A DNA stretch of 64,000 nt from Minisyncoccia bacterium (GTDB lineage: Bacteria > Patescibacteriota > Minisyncoccia > Phycocordibacterales > Phycocordibacteraceae). The translations under genes were made by a program, and so were the position numbers. The stretch covers positions 8,086-72,085 of the forward strand of contig JBEKII010000002.1 of assembly GCA_050011835.1 (NCBI GenBank). Direction: 5' to 3'. The notes under the pieces are model-generated. The model had not been told where the DNA came from, made no database searches, and worked only from the letters and a program-made list of their open reading frames with translations. Shown here in pieces: positions 9,736-20,039 of the stretch. Numbering within the stretch: position 1 is the stretch's first letter; each line of letters starts with the position of its first letter.

Positions 9736-10067
9736 TCCCCAAGATTCTAATTTGTGAAACGATACAGTGATATTCTAAAGAAAGATAAGCAATCCGATCT
9801 TTAGCAAGAAGGGAGGTGTGCCATATGCGACAACTAGCCGCCCGCTAAAAATCCGGCTTCATAAACCCACACACGGAGACTCTGCGGGCAATAAAAAACT
9901 CTGTGCGGCTGTGGGTGCTGTTCTTCTGGGAAGTAGTGTTTTGTGCGGATCCCTTCAAACCGGTAGGTATAGAAGCACAAGAAGGTATCACTACTTTTTA
10001 GGGATTGTTGTCCTCAGAAGAATAGGTTATGGATTGGCGTTGCAAAAAAGGAGGTCCTTCCTCTGAC

Positions 10068-10100
10068 AAGGGCGCACGACCAAAAGAGAGTGCGCCTTTT
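10068..10100. terminator. Hairpin, likely bidirectional terminator
   Basis: AAGGGCGCAC...GTGCGCCTTTT. Confidence 0.5.
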
Positions 10101-10123
10101 ATATGAAACACCTAAAGATATTT

Positions 10124-11191
10124 TTATTGCGGCTCGCACACAGAACCGGTGGGGCAATCGCGAAATGGATTTGCCGCGCCACGAACTTCAAAGTGGAGGT
10201 GCGGACCGGTGGACTCGCCGGTTGAGCCGACATAGCCAATGATTTGGCCGGACAAAACCGGCTGCCCGGGCGAGACGATTGAGTGAGTCATATGCGCGTA
10301 GAGCGTTTGCGTGCCGTTGTCGTGCGTGATGACGACATAATTGCCGTAGCCGCCGTTCCATGCGCCGTTATTGCGTGCGACGATAATCGTGCCGTCCGCG
10401 GCGGCGTGTATCGGCGTGCCGCGCGCGGCGCCGAGGTCCACCGCGTTCCAGCCGTGGAGGCCTTGCGTGAGGATAGCGCCCGGCACCGGATTGCTGTAGT
10501 AGCTCGCCTGTTCAGGACCGCTACCGCCCAAATATGGTTCGCGCGCAGCGCGCGAAGAGCGCGAGCTCGGCGCGGGAATGGAGAGTTCTCCGCCCGGAAT
10601 GATGATGGTTGAACCAACGGCGAGCGGCGCGGACGAGTCGAGGCCGTTAAATTGCGCAATTTCATTTGCATCAGCGCCGTATTTCTTCGCAATGGATTTC
10701 AGGGTATCGCCTTTTGCTACGATGCGTTCGGTACCTGAAACGGGCAGGATGATAAGCGTGTCGCCTGAGTGCACATCGTTTGCGCCACTCAAATTATTCG
10801 CCCAAATAATGGTATTTATTGAAACGCCAAACATGTCCGCAATTTCCGAAAGCGTGTCGCCCGAGCGAACTACATAGACCGAGATGCGGCCGGGCGGAGC
10901 TGAACTCGCGACGTCGGCAATCGTGCCGTCAGGGCCGCTGAAGGGAACGAGCGCCGAATCGTCAGAGGTGGAGAGTGCTATGGGTGCGTCCGCGTTTGGG
11001 TTGCTATTTAAAGTTGCTTGCAGTGTCGGAGTTGAAGAACTCGGAATAGAAGTATCGATTGCCGCATCGGCATTTGTGGAAAACGGCCAGAACGCATTCG
11101 CGCAGCTCGGCAGGAGCGTTATGGTGGCGACTGCGAGAGTCGCGAACCCTGCTATTATAAGAAATTGTTGTTTAAGTTTAATAGGTGGCAA
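10124..11191 (-). CDS. LysM-repeat M23 family peptidase (start uncertain)
   Basis: Signal-like N-terminus, two LysM repeats (YVVRSGDTLSEIA, VAKGDTLKSIA), and HGWNAVD, YAHM and HLHFEV M23 motifs. Confidence 0.9.
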   Translation of the reverse strand: MPPIKLKQQFLIIAGFATLAVATITLLPSCANAFWPFSTNADAAIDTSIPSSSTPTLQATLNSNPNADAPIALSTSDDSALVPFSGPDGTIADVASSAPPGRISVYVVRSGDTLSEIADMFGVSINTIIWANNLSGANDVHSGDTLIILPVSGTERIVAKGDTLKSIAKKYGADANEIAQFNGLDSSAPLAVGSTIIIPGGELSIPAPSSRSSRAAREPYLGGSGPEQASYYSNPVPGAILTQGLHGWNAVDLGAARGTPIHAAADGTIIVARNNGAWNGGYGNYVVITHDNGTQTLYAHMTHSIVSPGQPVLSGQIIGYVGSTGESTGPHLHFEVRGAANPFRDCPTGSVCEPQ

Positions 11192-11361
11192 GGGGGAGCG
11201 GTGGGTCTGTACATACAAGAATGGCTTACATACTCTCGTATATAAGCCATTCCTTGGATAACTTTCTATCAGTCGATAGAAGAAGTATAGCCGAGCGAAA
11301 CCGGTAGTCAACCGCTCCAGCGAGTGCCTGTGGAGAGTGCTTTGTGCGCTATATTCTGATA

Positions 11362-13290
11362 GTGAGATACCTTGAAGGATTGAATGACGCACAAAAGCGC
11401 GCCGTACTCGCCACCGACGGTCCGATTTTAGTCCTCGCGGGCGCCGGAAGCGGTAAAACACGCGTTCTCACGACGCGGATTTATCACCTTATTCGCGAAG
11501 GAGTTCCCGCGGATCATATTCTCGCTGTCACGTTTACCAACAAGGCGGCGCGCGAGATGCGCGAGCGGGTGCGCGTCATGCTGGGAAATGACGGACCGCT
11601 CCCGTTCGTCGCCACCTTTCATGGTCTTGGTCGTGAAATTCTTGAAAGTTACGGAGGGGCGGCTGGAATCCCGCGTTTCTTCAGTATCTATGACCGCGCC
11701 GATTCGGAAAAGGCGATTGCCACGGCGCTTAAAACACTTGATGTTGGAGCGAAAGAGTTCTCGCCCCGCATGATATTGAGCCGTATCTCGCGTTTGAAGG
11801 GCGAAGGGATACGCGCGCAGGAGTTTTATGAGAAACGCGAACGCAGAGGTTTTAGCGCCCGCATTACTGCAGAGACATGGCTTCTCTATGAACAGATACT
11901 GCAAAAGGAGAAGGCACTTGACTTTGATGACCTTATCGCTTTGCCTGTCCAGCTACTTGAAGAAAACGACGATATTCGTGCGCGCATACAGGATCGCTGG
12001 CGCTATATTCACATTGACGAGTATCAAGATACGAATGAGTTGCAGGAACGATTCGCGGGTCTTCTCGTAGAGAAACACAGGAATCTTTTTGTTGTCGGCG
12101 ACGGAGACCAGGCAATATACGGATGGCGCGGGGCGAAAATGGAAAATATTTTGAATTTTGAAAAAAAATATCCCGAGGTGCAGACGATTATCCTTGAGCG
12201 TAACTATCGTTCAACGAAAAATTTGGTTGATGCGGCGAATGCGGTTATTGAGAAAAATAAAAATCGCAAAGAAAAATATTCAACAACCGAGCATTCGGCC
12301 GGCGAACCAATAATCGTTCATATGGCGATAAATGCCGAGGATGAAGCGCGGTGGATTGCGATGAAAATACGATGGTTGATGAAGGGCGGCATTGCTCCGG
12401 AAGAGATTGCAATACTTTTCCGTACTAATTTCCAATCGCGCGCGCTTGAAGAGGGATTGCTTACCGCCGGCGTGCCATATAAATTGCTCGGTACGCATTT
12501 CTTCGCGCGCAAAGAGGTGAAAGATGCGCTCGCATGGATGCACCTCGCACTGGATCCGTCGCGAGAGGCGGACAAGATTCGCGCGGCGGCTGCGCCGCCG
12601 CGCGGTATTGGCAAGATCACACTCGGTAAATTGGCGGCAGGACAGCGCGCGCACTTGCGCGCCGGCGAACTCGCGAAAGTTAAGCAATTTGAGAGTGTCA
12701 TCGCCGAACTCGAAAATGCTGCCCTTACGCTTGTACCGTCTGAATTCGTCAAACTCGTCATTGAAAAAAGTGGAATGCGTGATTATTATTTAGGACGAGG
12801 CCTGCTTGCTGGCAGGCAGGGAAGCGAGGAAGACCGGGAACGTTTTGAAAATGTTGAGGAGCTCGCCTCTGTTGCTGTGCGGCATGACAATGTCGCCGGT
12901 AAAGAGGGTATCGCTGCGTTTCTCGCCGAAGCCGCGCTCGCGAGCGACCAGGATGAAATGGACCGGGATGCAAAAACAGGAGTAATGCTGATGACCGTTC
13001 ATGCGGCAAAAGGGCTTGAATTCAATACCGTTTTCGTGAGCGGCATGGAAGAAGGTCTTTTCCCGCATGAAGGTTCGGGCGATGAGGACGACCGCGACGA
13101 AGAAGAGGAACGGCGCCTTTTTTATGTTGCGATGACGCGCGCGAAGGCGCGCCTTTACCTGACGTTCGCGCGCGTTCGCAAAATTTATGGCAGTGATTAC
13201 CTTACCGAGCCGTCTTCTTTTCTCGCCGATATTGATAATTCGTTAATGCTTTATGATGAAACTAATGGAGAAGAAATTATTCAGGCCTGA
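11362..13290 (+). CDS. UvrD/PcrA ATP-dependent DNA helicase
   Basis: AGAGSGKT, TFTNKAAREM, DEYQDTN, NYRST, TVHAAKGLEF and YVAMTRA motifs. Confidence 0.96.
   Translation: MRYLEGLNDAQKRAVLATDGPILVLAGAGSGKTRVLTTRIYHLIREGVPADHILAVTFTNKAAREMRERVRVMLGNDGPLPFVATFHGLGREILESYGGAAGIPRFFSIYDRADSEKAIATALKTLDVGAKEFSPRMILSRISRLKGEGIRAQEFYEKRERRGFSARITAETWLLYEQILQKEKALDFDDLIALPVQLLEENDDIRARIQDRWRYIHIDEYQDTNELQERFAGLLVEKHRNLFVVGDGDQAIYGWRGAKMENILNFEKKYPEVQTIILERNYRSTKNLVDAANAVIEKNKNRKEKYSTTEHSAGEPIIVHMAINAEDEARWIAMKIRWLMKGGIAPEEIAILFRTNFQSRALEEGLLTAGVPYKLLGTHFFARKEVKDALAWMHLALDPSREADKIRAAAAPPRGIGKITLGKLAAGQRAHLRAGELAKVKQFESVIAELENAALTLVPSEFVKLVIEKSGMRDYYLGRGLLAGRQGSEEDRERFENVEELASVAVRHDNVAGKEGIAAFLAEAALASDQDEMDRDAKTGVMLMTVHAAKGLEFNTVFVSGMEEGLFPHEGSGDEDDRDEEEERRLFYVAMTRAKARLYLTFARVRKIYGSDYLTEPSSFLADIDNSLMLYDETNGEEIIQA
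12801..12820. repeat. Palindromic repeat family A, copy inside uvrD
   Basis: CCTGCTTGCTGGCAGGCAGG, 18/20 to the perfect palindrome CCTGCCTGCCGGCAGGCAGG. Confidence 0.75.
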
Positions 13291-14137
13291 CGCTCGCCGA
13301 CAGGCCAAAAAGAGAGCGCTCCGGCCGCTAGGACAATTCAATTCTCTTTTTAACCTGTCAGCTTCGCGTCCAAAAAAATCGTTGGGACAAAATTTTTTGA
13401 TGCACGCGCGCATCGCGGAACGCATTGCAGATGCCGCGAAACTTTCACGAGACGCAACGGTGTTTGAAATCGGTCCCGGAACCGGCGTGCTCACCCGCGC
13501 GCTTCTAGAGCGCGCGGGCAAAGTAATCGCGGTTGAAGCGGACCGCGAACTTTTTGAAAAATTGCAATTTGATTTTGCAAACGAGATTACCGCCGGCCGA
13601 CTGAAACTCTTATATGGTGACGTGCGCTCGCTTGACATCGCCACTCTTCCAAAAGGTTACACGCTCGTTGCAAATATTCCATATTATTTGACCGGTGAAA
13701 TTTTCCGGAAGTTTCTTGAGTCAAAGAATCAGCCGAGCGCGATGACACTCCTCGTACAAAAAGAAGTCGCCGAACGCATCGCTCGCTCAAAAAAAGAAAG
13801 CATCCTTTCACTCTCTGTGAAGGCATACGGCACGCCGAAATACGAGTTCACTGTTCCGCGCGGAGCATTCAAACCCGCGCCGAAAGTGGATTCCGCAGTA
13901 CTCACTATTCAAAATATTTCACGAAAAAATTTTGCATTACGCTCGGGAGAGGAATTATTTTTCGCTCTGTTGCATGCAGGATTCGCACACAAGCGTAAGT
14001 TCGCGCGAAAGAATTTAGCTGATGCGGGATTTTCTGCCGAAAATATTCCAGAAAAAGCCCGCGCTGAAGACATCCCGATTGATCAATGGTTAGCCATCAC
14101 TCCTCTGGAGTCGGGGAAGAGCCTACCATCGGTGTAA
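13253..14137 (+). CDS. rsmA: 16S rRNA adenine dimethyltransferase (start uncertain)
   Basis: KKSLGQNFL, EIGPGTG, VANIPYY, QKEVAERI and PAPKVDSA motifs. Confidence 0.95.
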   Translation: MMKLMEKKLFRPDARRQAKKRALRPLGQFNSLFNLSASRPKKSLGQNFLMHARIAERIADAAKLSRDATVFEIGPGTGVLTRALLERAGKVIAVEADRELFEKLQFDFANEITAGRLKLLYGDVRSLDIATLPKGYTLVANIPYYLTGEIFRKFLESKNQPSAMTLLVQKEVAERIARSKKESILSLSVKAYGTPKYEFTVPRGAFKPAPKVDSAVLTIQNISRKNFALRSGEELFFALLHAGFAHKRKFARKNLADAGFSAENIPEKARAEDIPIDQWLAITPLESGKSLPSV

Positions 14138-15122
14138 TTGTGCCATCGGCAGGGACTACTACGCAAGTATAGCCGCTATAGGTCCAACACGATTGGATGC
14201 TCGGTATGTAGGTTCCAACCGCGGCGATGTCTTCTTCGGGTATGTTGTACCAAGAGAATGCTTCTGTATCGTCTACATAATCCAAGAGAAGGTTTGTAAC
14301 TAACGGATTCACATCCGGCAACACATCCGGCAATGCGACGAAGATTTGCGTTATTCCAGGAGAACAGTCACAAATTTCGGGGTTCACATATACAATAAAT
14401 CCGCCAAACGGTACTGTTAGTGGTGCCGCACGTGCTTTTCCTGCAGAAAAAGTTTCACCAACGAAGGAAAGTATCTTTTCAAGAAACGCCGCCATGGGTG
14501 ATGGGGGAATATCCCACGAAACTTTCTTCTCGTACGCCGCCCTTTGCTCATCGAAAAATTGTTGGCGGAAGTCGGTGGTCGTCGCAGCCTCTTTTCTTAT
14601 TTTGTCTTCGAGAAATAACAATTTATCTTGCGGAAAGCCTCCCTTGAGTGCGTCTTTTTTTACTGCGGCGAGATAGAGGTCGAGATTTTTTTGGTTAGGG
14701 TTCTGGGGAGTGGTTGCTGAAGCTGCGGACGTGGAAGAGGAAACATTCCCTACATTCATTGTTACCGCGGAAAGCACATTGAGTGTAGCTCTTGTATACG
14801 ATCCGACGTATCCGTTCCCTTGCGTGAGCCCGGCAGGCGCCAAAATTTCGCTCGCGTACTTTTCTTGGAATCGCACAACCGCCGCTTTTGTAAGAGGTCC
14901 AAAATAATTCGTCTCGTTTCCGGGAGAGCCCGGACCCACGCTTGCAATGCGCGTATCGGGGTCATGGTTGAGAATCTGTTGAAGTGCGATAACCTGCATT
15001 CCCGAAGAGCCGAGTGAGAGATTCGCTGTGAATATATTTGAAGTACTCGTCTGTGCACTCACGTAAGTTCCATACGAGAGCATAAGAAAAACGGTTACGA
15101 GAGAGAAGAACGAAACGCGCAT
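14097..15122 (-). CDS. Secreted peptidoglycan-binding domain protein
   Basis: Signal peptide, and LSLGSSG..V.ALQQILN...YFGPLTKAAVVRFQ PG-binding pattern. Confidence 0.8.
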   Translation of the reverse strand: MRVSFFSLVTVFLMLSYGTYVSAQTSTSNIFTANLSLGSSGMQVIALQQILNHDPDTRIASVGPGSPGNETNYFGPLTKAAVVRFQEKYASEILAPAGLTQGNGYVGSYTRATLNVLSAVTMNVGNVSSSTSAASATTPQNPNQKNLDLYLAAVKKDALKGGFPQDKLLFLEDKIRKEAATTTDFRQQFFDEQRAAYEKKVSWDIPPSPMAAFLEKILSFVGETFSAGKARAAPLTVPFGGFIVYVNPEICDCSPGITQIFVALPDVLPDVNPLVTNLLLDYVDDTEAFSWYNIPEEDIAAVGTYIPSIQSCWTYSGYTCVVVPADGTITPMVGSSPTPEE

Positions 15123-15204
15123 GATTAAACAATAGCATAATGCACTTTTATGCAGTTGCAGTCATTATTTTCTTGTTGCGGCTGGTATACTTTAAAGCGA
15201 TACC

Positions 15205-16206
15205 ATGGGAAGGATTCTCGAACATTGGCGCGTACCTATCGCAGTGTTTTTTTCGGCGGCGCTTATTGTCGGCGCATATGTGCTTGCGCGCGGTGTCGGG
15301 TCGCCTTCCATTGCACAGGCCTCGACCGAGACGGCGCTTCTCCAGGCAATCGCGACGCGCGATTCAAATGGTGATGGCCTTCCCGATTGGGAGAAGGTGC
15401 TGTACGGCATCCCGATAAACGCTACTACAACGGATTATTTTCATCTCGGAATGACCGACGGCGAAGCGGTTGCGAAAGGGCTTGTTGTGCCCAAGGCGGT
15501 TGCCGATGTGCCTGTCGCAACATCAACCGCTGCGGTAAACGTCCCGGCCGAGGGCACGCTCACCGACACCTTCGCGAAAAATTTCTTTACGCTCTACATC
15601 ACAGCGAAAGAAGCGAATGGCGGCGATGACCTTACTGATGACCAGGTAAATGCGCTCGCCGACCAAGCGATGAATCAATTTTTGCAAACGGTCACATCGC
15701 CGCCTGATTTCAAAACCATAACGGACCTCAACGTTTCTGGGACAGGACCCGATGCATTACGTGCTTTCGCTATTGCAGCCGAGGGTGTGTTCAAGAAGAA
15801 TATGGGCAGTGCGACGACAAGCGAACTGCAATCTCTCCAAGATGCGGTGCTGAATAATGACGCAACGGCGCTCTCGCAACTTGCCGCGGCGTCTCAGATT
15901 TATCAAAACTATGCCGTTGGCCTTGCGGCGCTCCCGGTGCCGCAAGATCTCGCGGCAGACGACCTCGCGCTCATCAACGCGATGATGCTTAGAAGCGAGG
16001 CTGATGACAATCTTGCGCATGTGAATACCGACCCTTTAACGGCAATAGTTGCTCTTCAGCAATTCTCGCAAACGGAGAGTTCATTCTGGAATGCATTTGC
16101 CGATATTGGCGCTATCTATGCTTCCGCCGGTGTCGTGCTTCCTAACGGTACGCCGGGTTCGTCCCTTGTGAATGTCATCGCCAACGCGAGAGAAACAAGT
16201 CCATGA
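15205..16206 (+). CDS. Membrane-anchored hypothetical protein with DxDxDG-like Ca-binding motif
   Basis: N-terminal TM segment and DSNGDGLPDWEK. Confidence 0.78.
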   Translation: MGRILEHWRVPIAVFFSAALIVGAYVLARGVGSPSIAQASTETALLQAIATRDSNGDGLPDWEKVLYGIPINATTTDYFHLGMTDGEAVAKGLVVPKAVADVPVATSTAAVNVPAEGTLTDTFAKNFFTLYITAKEANGGDDLTDDQVNALADQAMNQFLQTVTSPPDFKTITDLNVSGTGPDALRAFAIAAEGVFKKNMGSATTSELQSLQDAVLNNDATALSQLAAASQIYQNYAVGLAALPVPQDLAADDLALINAMMLRSEADDNLAHVNTDPLTAIVALQQFSQTESSFWNAFADIGAIYASAGVVLPNGTPGSSLVNVIANARETSP

Positions 16207-17816
16207 GTAAGAAAACTTTCGCCAGTGCGCTCGCGATACTGCTTATCATCGCGCTTACTGTACCCGCAATATTTTTTATTGCGCCACAGAGAGCATCTGC
16301 ACAATCTGTTGGCAGTTGTATCGTGGGTTTAGCAGCCGGTCTTGGATTGGTCACCGCGAATCATGTAGTTGCTGTTCCTACTGCGGACGCAGCGGGCGGA
16401 ACGGGCAGCTGGACCACAGCTGGCTCAACGGTGGGGAATTGTTTATATAGCGTGATAGTCGTGCCCATCCTGCGAGCGATGATACGAGCGATTCTGCAAG
16501 CCATTACCCAAAGCACCATCAATTGGATCAACGGCGCCAACGGTACGGGCCAACCCTCCTTTGTGCAGAATCTCGCTGTGCATCTGCAGAGCGTCGGGGA
16601 TGTCGCCGCGCTTTCCCTCATCGCCCAAATTGGCCAGAATACGGCCGCGTTCAACTCGCCCTTCGGCGCCGCGATCGCGTTAGCGCTCCAGAGCCGTTAT
16701 GCCCAACAAACGAGCTTAGCCGGCTTTTATGCGGCGAATCAATGCACGCTTGCCAAATCATCGCCGAATGTAGCGGGATTTCTTGGAGGCGAGTGGTCAC
16801 AGGGCGGGGCGGCCGCATGGTTCGCGCTCACCACCCAGAATCAAAATAATCCCTACACGCTCTATCTGGCGGCGCAGAGCCAGCTGGGCAGTAATGTGAG
16901 CCAAGTGCAAACCAATCGAAAACAGGACCTGATGCAGTCGGGAGGATTTCTCTCGTGGTGTCCTCCCGGCGCAACGGCCAATACCACCTCATCAAGCGTG
17001 GGCGTCAAGCCGCAAGCCCCTTGCACCAACGCGAACGGCACGCCGGCTATGGCCCAGACACCAGGGTCAACCATCAAATCCTACCTAGATACAAATCTTG
17101 GCTCGGGCATTGGCCAGTTAGTCAGCGCTCAAGACCTTGATGCCGCACTCGGCGCGATTGTGACGGCGCTCGGGAACAGAGTTATCGGTAGTACCGGTCT
17201 CTTCGGGTCCTCGCAACCTTCGGGTAGCCGTAACATAACAGTAGTCGCTCCTGCGCCAAGTAGTTCAGCCGCATCCGCCATTTCACTTGCACAATCGACG
17301 CTTACACAGCTCGCAACCTATACGAGCGCGTGGAACACCATTAGTGCTGCGGCGAATACGGCGTCAATGAGCGTTACAGCTCTCTTGAACTCCTGTTCCG
17401 CTCAACAGACAATCGCGCAGACCGCTCTCACAAATGAGATTGCGCCGATGCTCGTGCAGGCGCAGGCGGCACTCAATTCCGCCGCAACCACTCAAGCACT
17501 TGCGCTTCAAGTCCAAGCCGAGGCCTCGGCAGTTCCCATCGCAGACCCGGTTCAGTTAAGTACTGATGTGACGTCGCTCTCATCAATGCCTCCCGCGGCA
17601 GGCGATGTTGTTAATGCGCAATTGAGCGCGGCTGTAACCGGCGCCGCCACCGCGAACCCCGCGGGCTCGCTCACGGTCTCTGGCGGCACGTTTGTCGACC
17701 AGATGAATCTCATCAGTACGAATGCCGCGGCGCTCGAAACATCCTCATGCGCCACACCATCTGCTCCAGCCGTATCGTCCCCAACAACAATCTACAACGC
17801 GGGCGTCGGCGGATAA
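16203..17816 (+). CDS. Large secreted/membrane Ala-Ser-Thr-rich hypothetical protein
   Basis: 537 aa, signal peptide, ATGA overlap with the upstream gene. Confidence 0.78.
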   Translation: MSKKTFASALAILLIIALTVPAIFFIAPQRASAQSVGSCIVGLAAGLGLVTANHVVAVPTADAAGGTGSWTTAGSTVGNCLYSVIVVPILRAMIRAILQAITQSTINWINGANGTGQPSFVQNLAVHLQSVGDVAALSLIAQIGQNTAAFNSPFGAAIALALQSRYAQQTSLAGFYAANQCTLAKSSPNVAGFLGGEWSQGGAAAWFALTTQNQNNPYTLYLAAQSQLGSNVSQVQTNRKQDLMQSGGFLSWCPPGATANTTSSSVGVKPQAPCTNANGTPAMAQTPGSTIKSYLDTNLGSGIGQLVSAQDLDAALGAIVTALGNRVIGSTGLFGSSQPSGSRNITVVAPAPSSSAASAISLAQSTLTQLATYTSAWNTISAAANTASMSVTALLNSCSAQQTIAQTALTNEIAPMLVQAQAALNSAATTQALALQVQAEASAVPIADPVQLSTDVTSLSSMPPAAGDVVNAQLSAAVTGAATANPAGSLTVSGGTFVDQMNLISTNAAALETSSCATPSAPAVSSPTTIYNAGVGG

Positions 17817-17820
17817 TAAT

Positions 17821-20034
17821 ATGCCACGCACCCTCATCACTTCGTTCGCCGCTCTCATTCTTGTCATAGGCGCGGCGGGCGCGTTCGCGCCTGCCGCACA
17901 TGCCGCTCCACCCGCCAACTGTAATACCGGGAACAGGAGCTTGGGACAACTATGTTGTAGCAATGATTACTGTGATTCCACCTCTGGTTTGACTTGTAAC
18001 ACAACCAGTTACACCTGTGTCAACAGCACCGGCAACGCTGGCCCGAGCGTCACCAACCCGACCAGTCCCGCCGCTCAAGGGACACCGATATTATCGAGTG
18101 ACCTGGATTCTGGGTACAACCTCATCATGGTCAAAATTATGGGCCTCTTTGCGTGGCTCGTCGGCGTCTCGGCGATTACGCTTGACAACGTTGTGTATTA
18201 CACCGTTGTCGTAATGGGGAACTATGTAAAAGGTCTCACGGCTGTAGGCGTCACCTGGCGCATTTTGCGCGACCTGGCCAACATCGGGCTTATATTCGGC
18301 TTTATCGGGGCAGGTATCGCAACGATACTTGATGTTGAGAAATATGGGTGGGGTACGAAAATGCTTCCGATGCTTTTGGTCGCCGCGGTCGTCCTTAATT
18401 TTTCACTTTTTATTTCTGAAGCAATGATTGACGCCACCAATCTCTTTGCGACCGAATTCTATACGCAAATTAACGGTGGCGTGCCGGCAGGAACACAAGA
18501 ATTGAACTTTGATAACATCAAAAACGCTCAAAATAATGGCATTGCAAACAAGATTATGGGGCAGTTAGGTCTTCAGACCATCTATGGCAATGCGATAACG
18601 AATCCACAAATTTTCCAGGGCGCTAATCCGTGGTTCGTCGGCTTTATGGGCGTTATACTTTTTCTCGTCACCGCATTTGTGATGTTTTCGCTCGCATTTA
18701 TACTCATTATACGTTTCGTCGCGCTCATTTTCCTCATTCTTCTCTCCCCGGTCGGTTTTATGGGACTCGCGATACCCCAGCTAAAGTATCGAGCAGGTCA
18801 GTGGTGGACTAATTTCCTTGAGCAAATTGTCGTCGCGCCGGTCCTGCTGCTCTTGCTCTACGTGGCTCTTGCGGTTATCACTGATGCACAGTTTCTCACC
18901 GGTTTTGGCGCGACTAAAAACCCCAACGCATGGACTGGTTGGGCCGCTTCCGGAGGTCTCACCGGCTTCGCAGGCCTATTACTCTCTTTCCTCGTTGCGA
19001 TTGGGCTCCTTCTGGTGGTTGTTATCAAGGCAAAAAGCATGTCTGCCGCCGGCGCCAACTGGGCGACGAAGACCGCGGGAAAACTCACTTTCGGGGTAAC
19101 GGCATCAGTTGGACGCCGCACTGTTGGTCGCGCATCTAATTATACTGCGCGCAAGATTCGTTCCAGTGAGTGGGGCCAGCATAGCGAGCTGGGCCGGATG
19201 TTTGCCGGACTTGCCGACCGCGGAGCGAAAGCGAGTTTTGATGTGCGCGGTGCCGTAGGCGGTAGTTTGAAGAGTTATGTTGACGTTGGAGCCGCGCAAA
19301 AGGGCGGCTATCGAGCGCGAGAAGAAGAATTAATTAACGCCAGGACCGAATATGCCAAGTCGCTACGCCAATCGCCGGAACAAATAAAAATGGTTGAAGA
19401 TGCCACTGATGCGAAAAAGAAAGCAGGAGAGGAATATAAGAAAAATATGGCTCCACTCGAGGCGGAAGAGCAAAAACAACTCAAAATAACAAAAGAGATT
19501 GTTGACGCAAGCAATGAAGAGCTTAAACTTGAACGGAAAAAACTCGAAGAAGCGCGTCAGTCGTCGCCTTCTATGAACCCATACCGTGATTATCAGATTA
19601 AAACATACGAAGCGGCATATAATGAGAAATTACTTGCGCACCAAAAGCTCCAGGAAGAAGAAAGCAAGAAACTAGATCCAATCCGCACGAAAATTGAGGA
19701 TGAGAAGAAACACTATACAGGCGTAATCACCAAGCAACAAGAAATTATTGATAAGAATACAAAGGGAGGTATTCAAAAGGAGTACGCAGAATCGCTACAG
19801 GAAAAAACACTTCTTGGAATTCCGCGTGCGCCGTATGACTGGACAACAGCGGTCGGTTCGGCTCGGCACGAAGCGGCTGGTAAAATTCTTGGCGAGTTAA
19901 AGAAGGACCCAACCCAAATAGCCGTGGAAAAGCTTCAAGCTGCAGTAGAAAAAGCGGAGAAAGTAACAGGCCCACGCAGTGAGGAAAAGAAGGGGGGAAG
20001 TAAACCAGAAAATACGGAAAAGAAACCCACATAA
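17821..20034 (+). CDS. Polytopic membrane protein, VirB6/TrbL-like, with Cys-rich N-terminus and coiled-coil C-terminus
   Basis: Signal peptide, 6-Cys mini-domain, WRILRDLAN / NFSLFISEAMID / RFVALIFLILLSP.GF segments and a K/E-rich tail. Confidence 0.7.
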   Translation: MPRTLITSFAALILVIGAAGAFAPAAHAAPPANCNTGNRSLGQLCCSNDYCDSTSGLTCNTTSYTCVNSTGNAGPSVTNPTSPAAQGTPILSSDLDSGYNLIMVKIMGLFAWLVGVSAITLDNVVYYTVVVMGNYVKGLTAVGVTWRILRDLANIGLIFGFIGAGIATILDVEKYGWGTKMLPMLLVAAVVLNFSLFISEAMIDATNLFATEFYTQINGGVPAGTQELNFDNIKNAQNNGIANKIMGQLGLQTIYGNAITNPQIFQGANPWFVGFMGVILFLVTAFVMFSLAFILIIRFVALIFLILLSPVGFMGLAIPQLKYRAGQWWTNFLEQIVVAPVLLLLLYVALAVITDAQFLTGFGATKNPNAWTGWAASGGLTGFAGLLLSFLVAIGLLLVVVIKAKSMSAAGANWATKTAGKLTFGVTASVGRRTVGRASNYTARKIRSSEWGQHSELGRMFAGLADRGAKASFDVRGAVGGSLKSYVDVGAAQKGGYRAREEELINARTEYAKSLRQSPEQIKMVEDATDAKKKAGEEYKKNMAPLEAEEQKQLKITKEIVDASNEELKLERKKLEEARQSSPSMNPYRDYQIKTYEAAYNEKLLAHQKLQEEESKKLDPIRTKIEDEKKHYTGVITKQQEIIDKNTKGGIQKEYAESLQEKTLLGIPRAPYDWTTAVGSARHEAAGKILGELKKDPTQIAVEKLQAAVEKAEKVTGPRSEEKKGGSKPENTEKKPT

Positions 20035-20039
20035 TAACT

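Noticed and set aside
9818-10066. 82-aa ORF in the ORF track
   Set aside because: Its start overlaps or abuts the SD, and the properly spaced ATG gives only MRQLAAR*. Probably a decayed cassette, so not called as a CDS.
11192-11461. N-terminal 90 codons of the M23 ORF
   Set aside because: Overlap the divergent uvrD start and promoter; the signal peptide begins further downstream.
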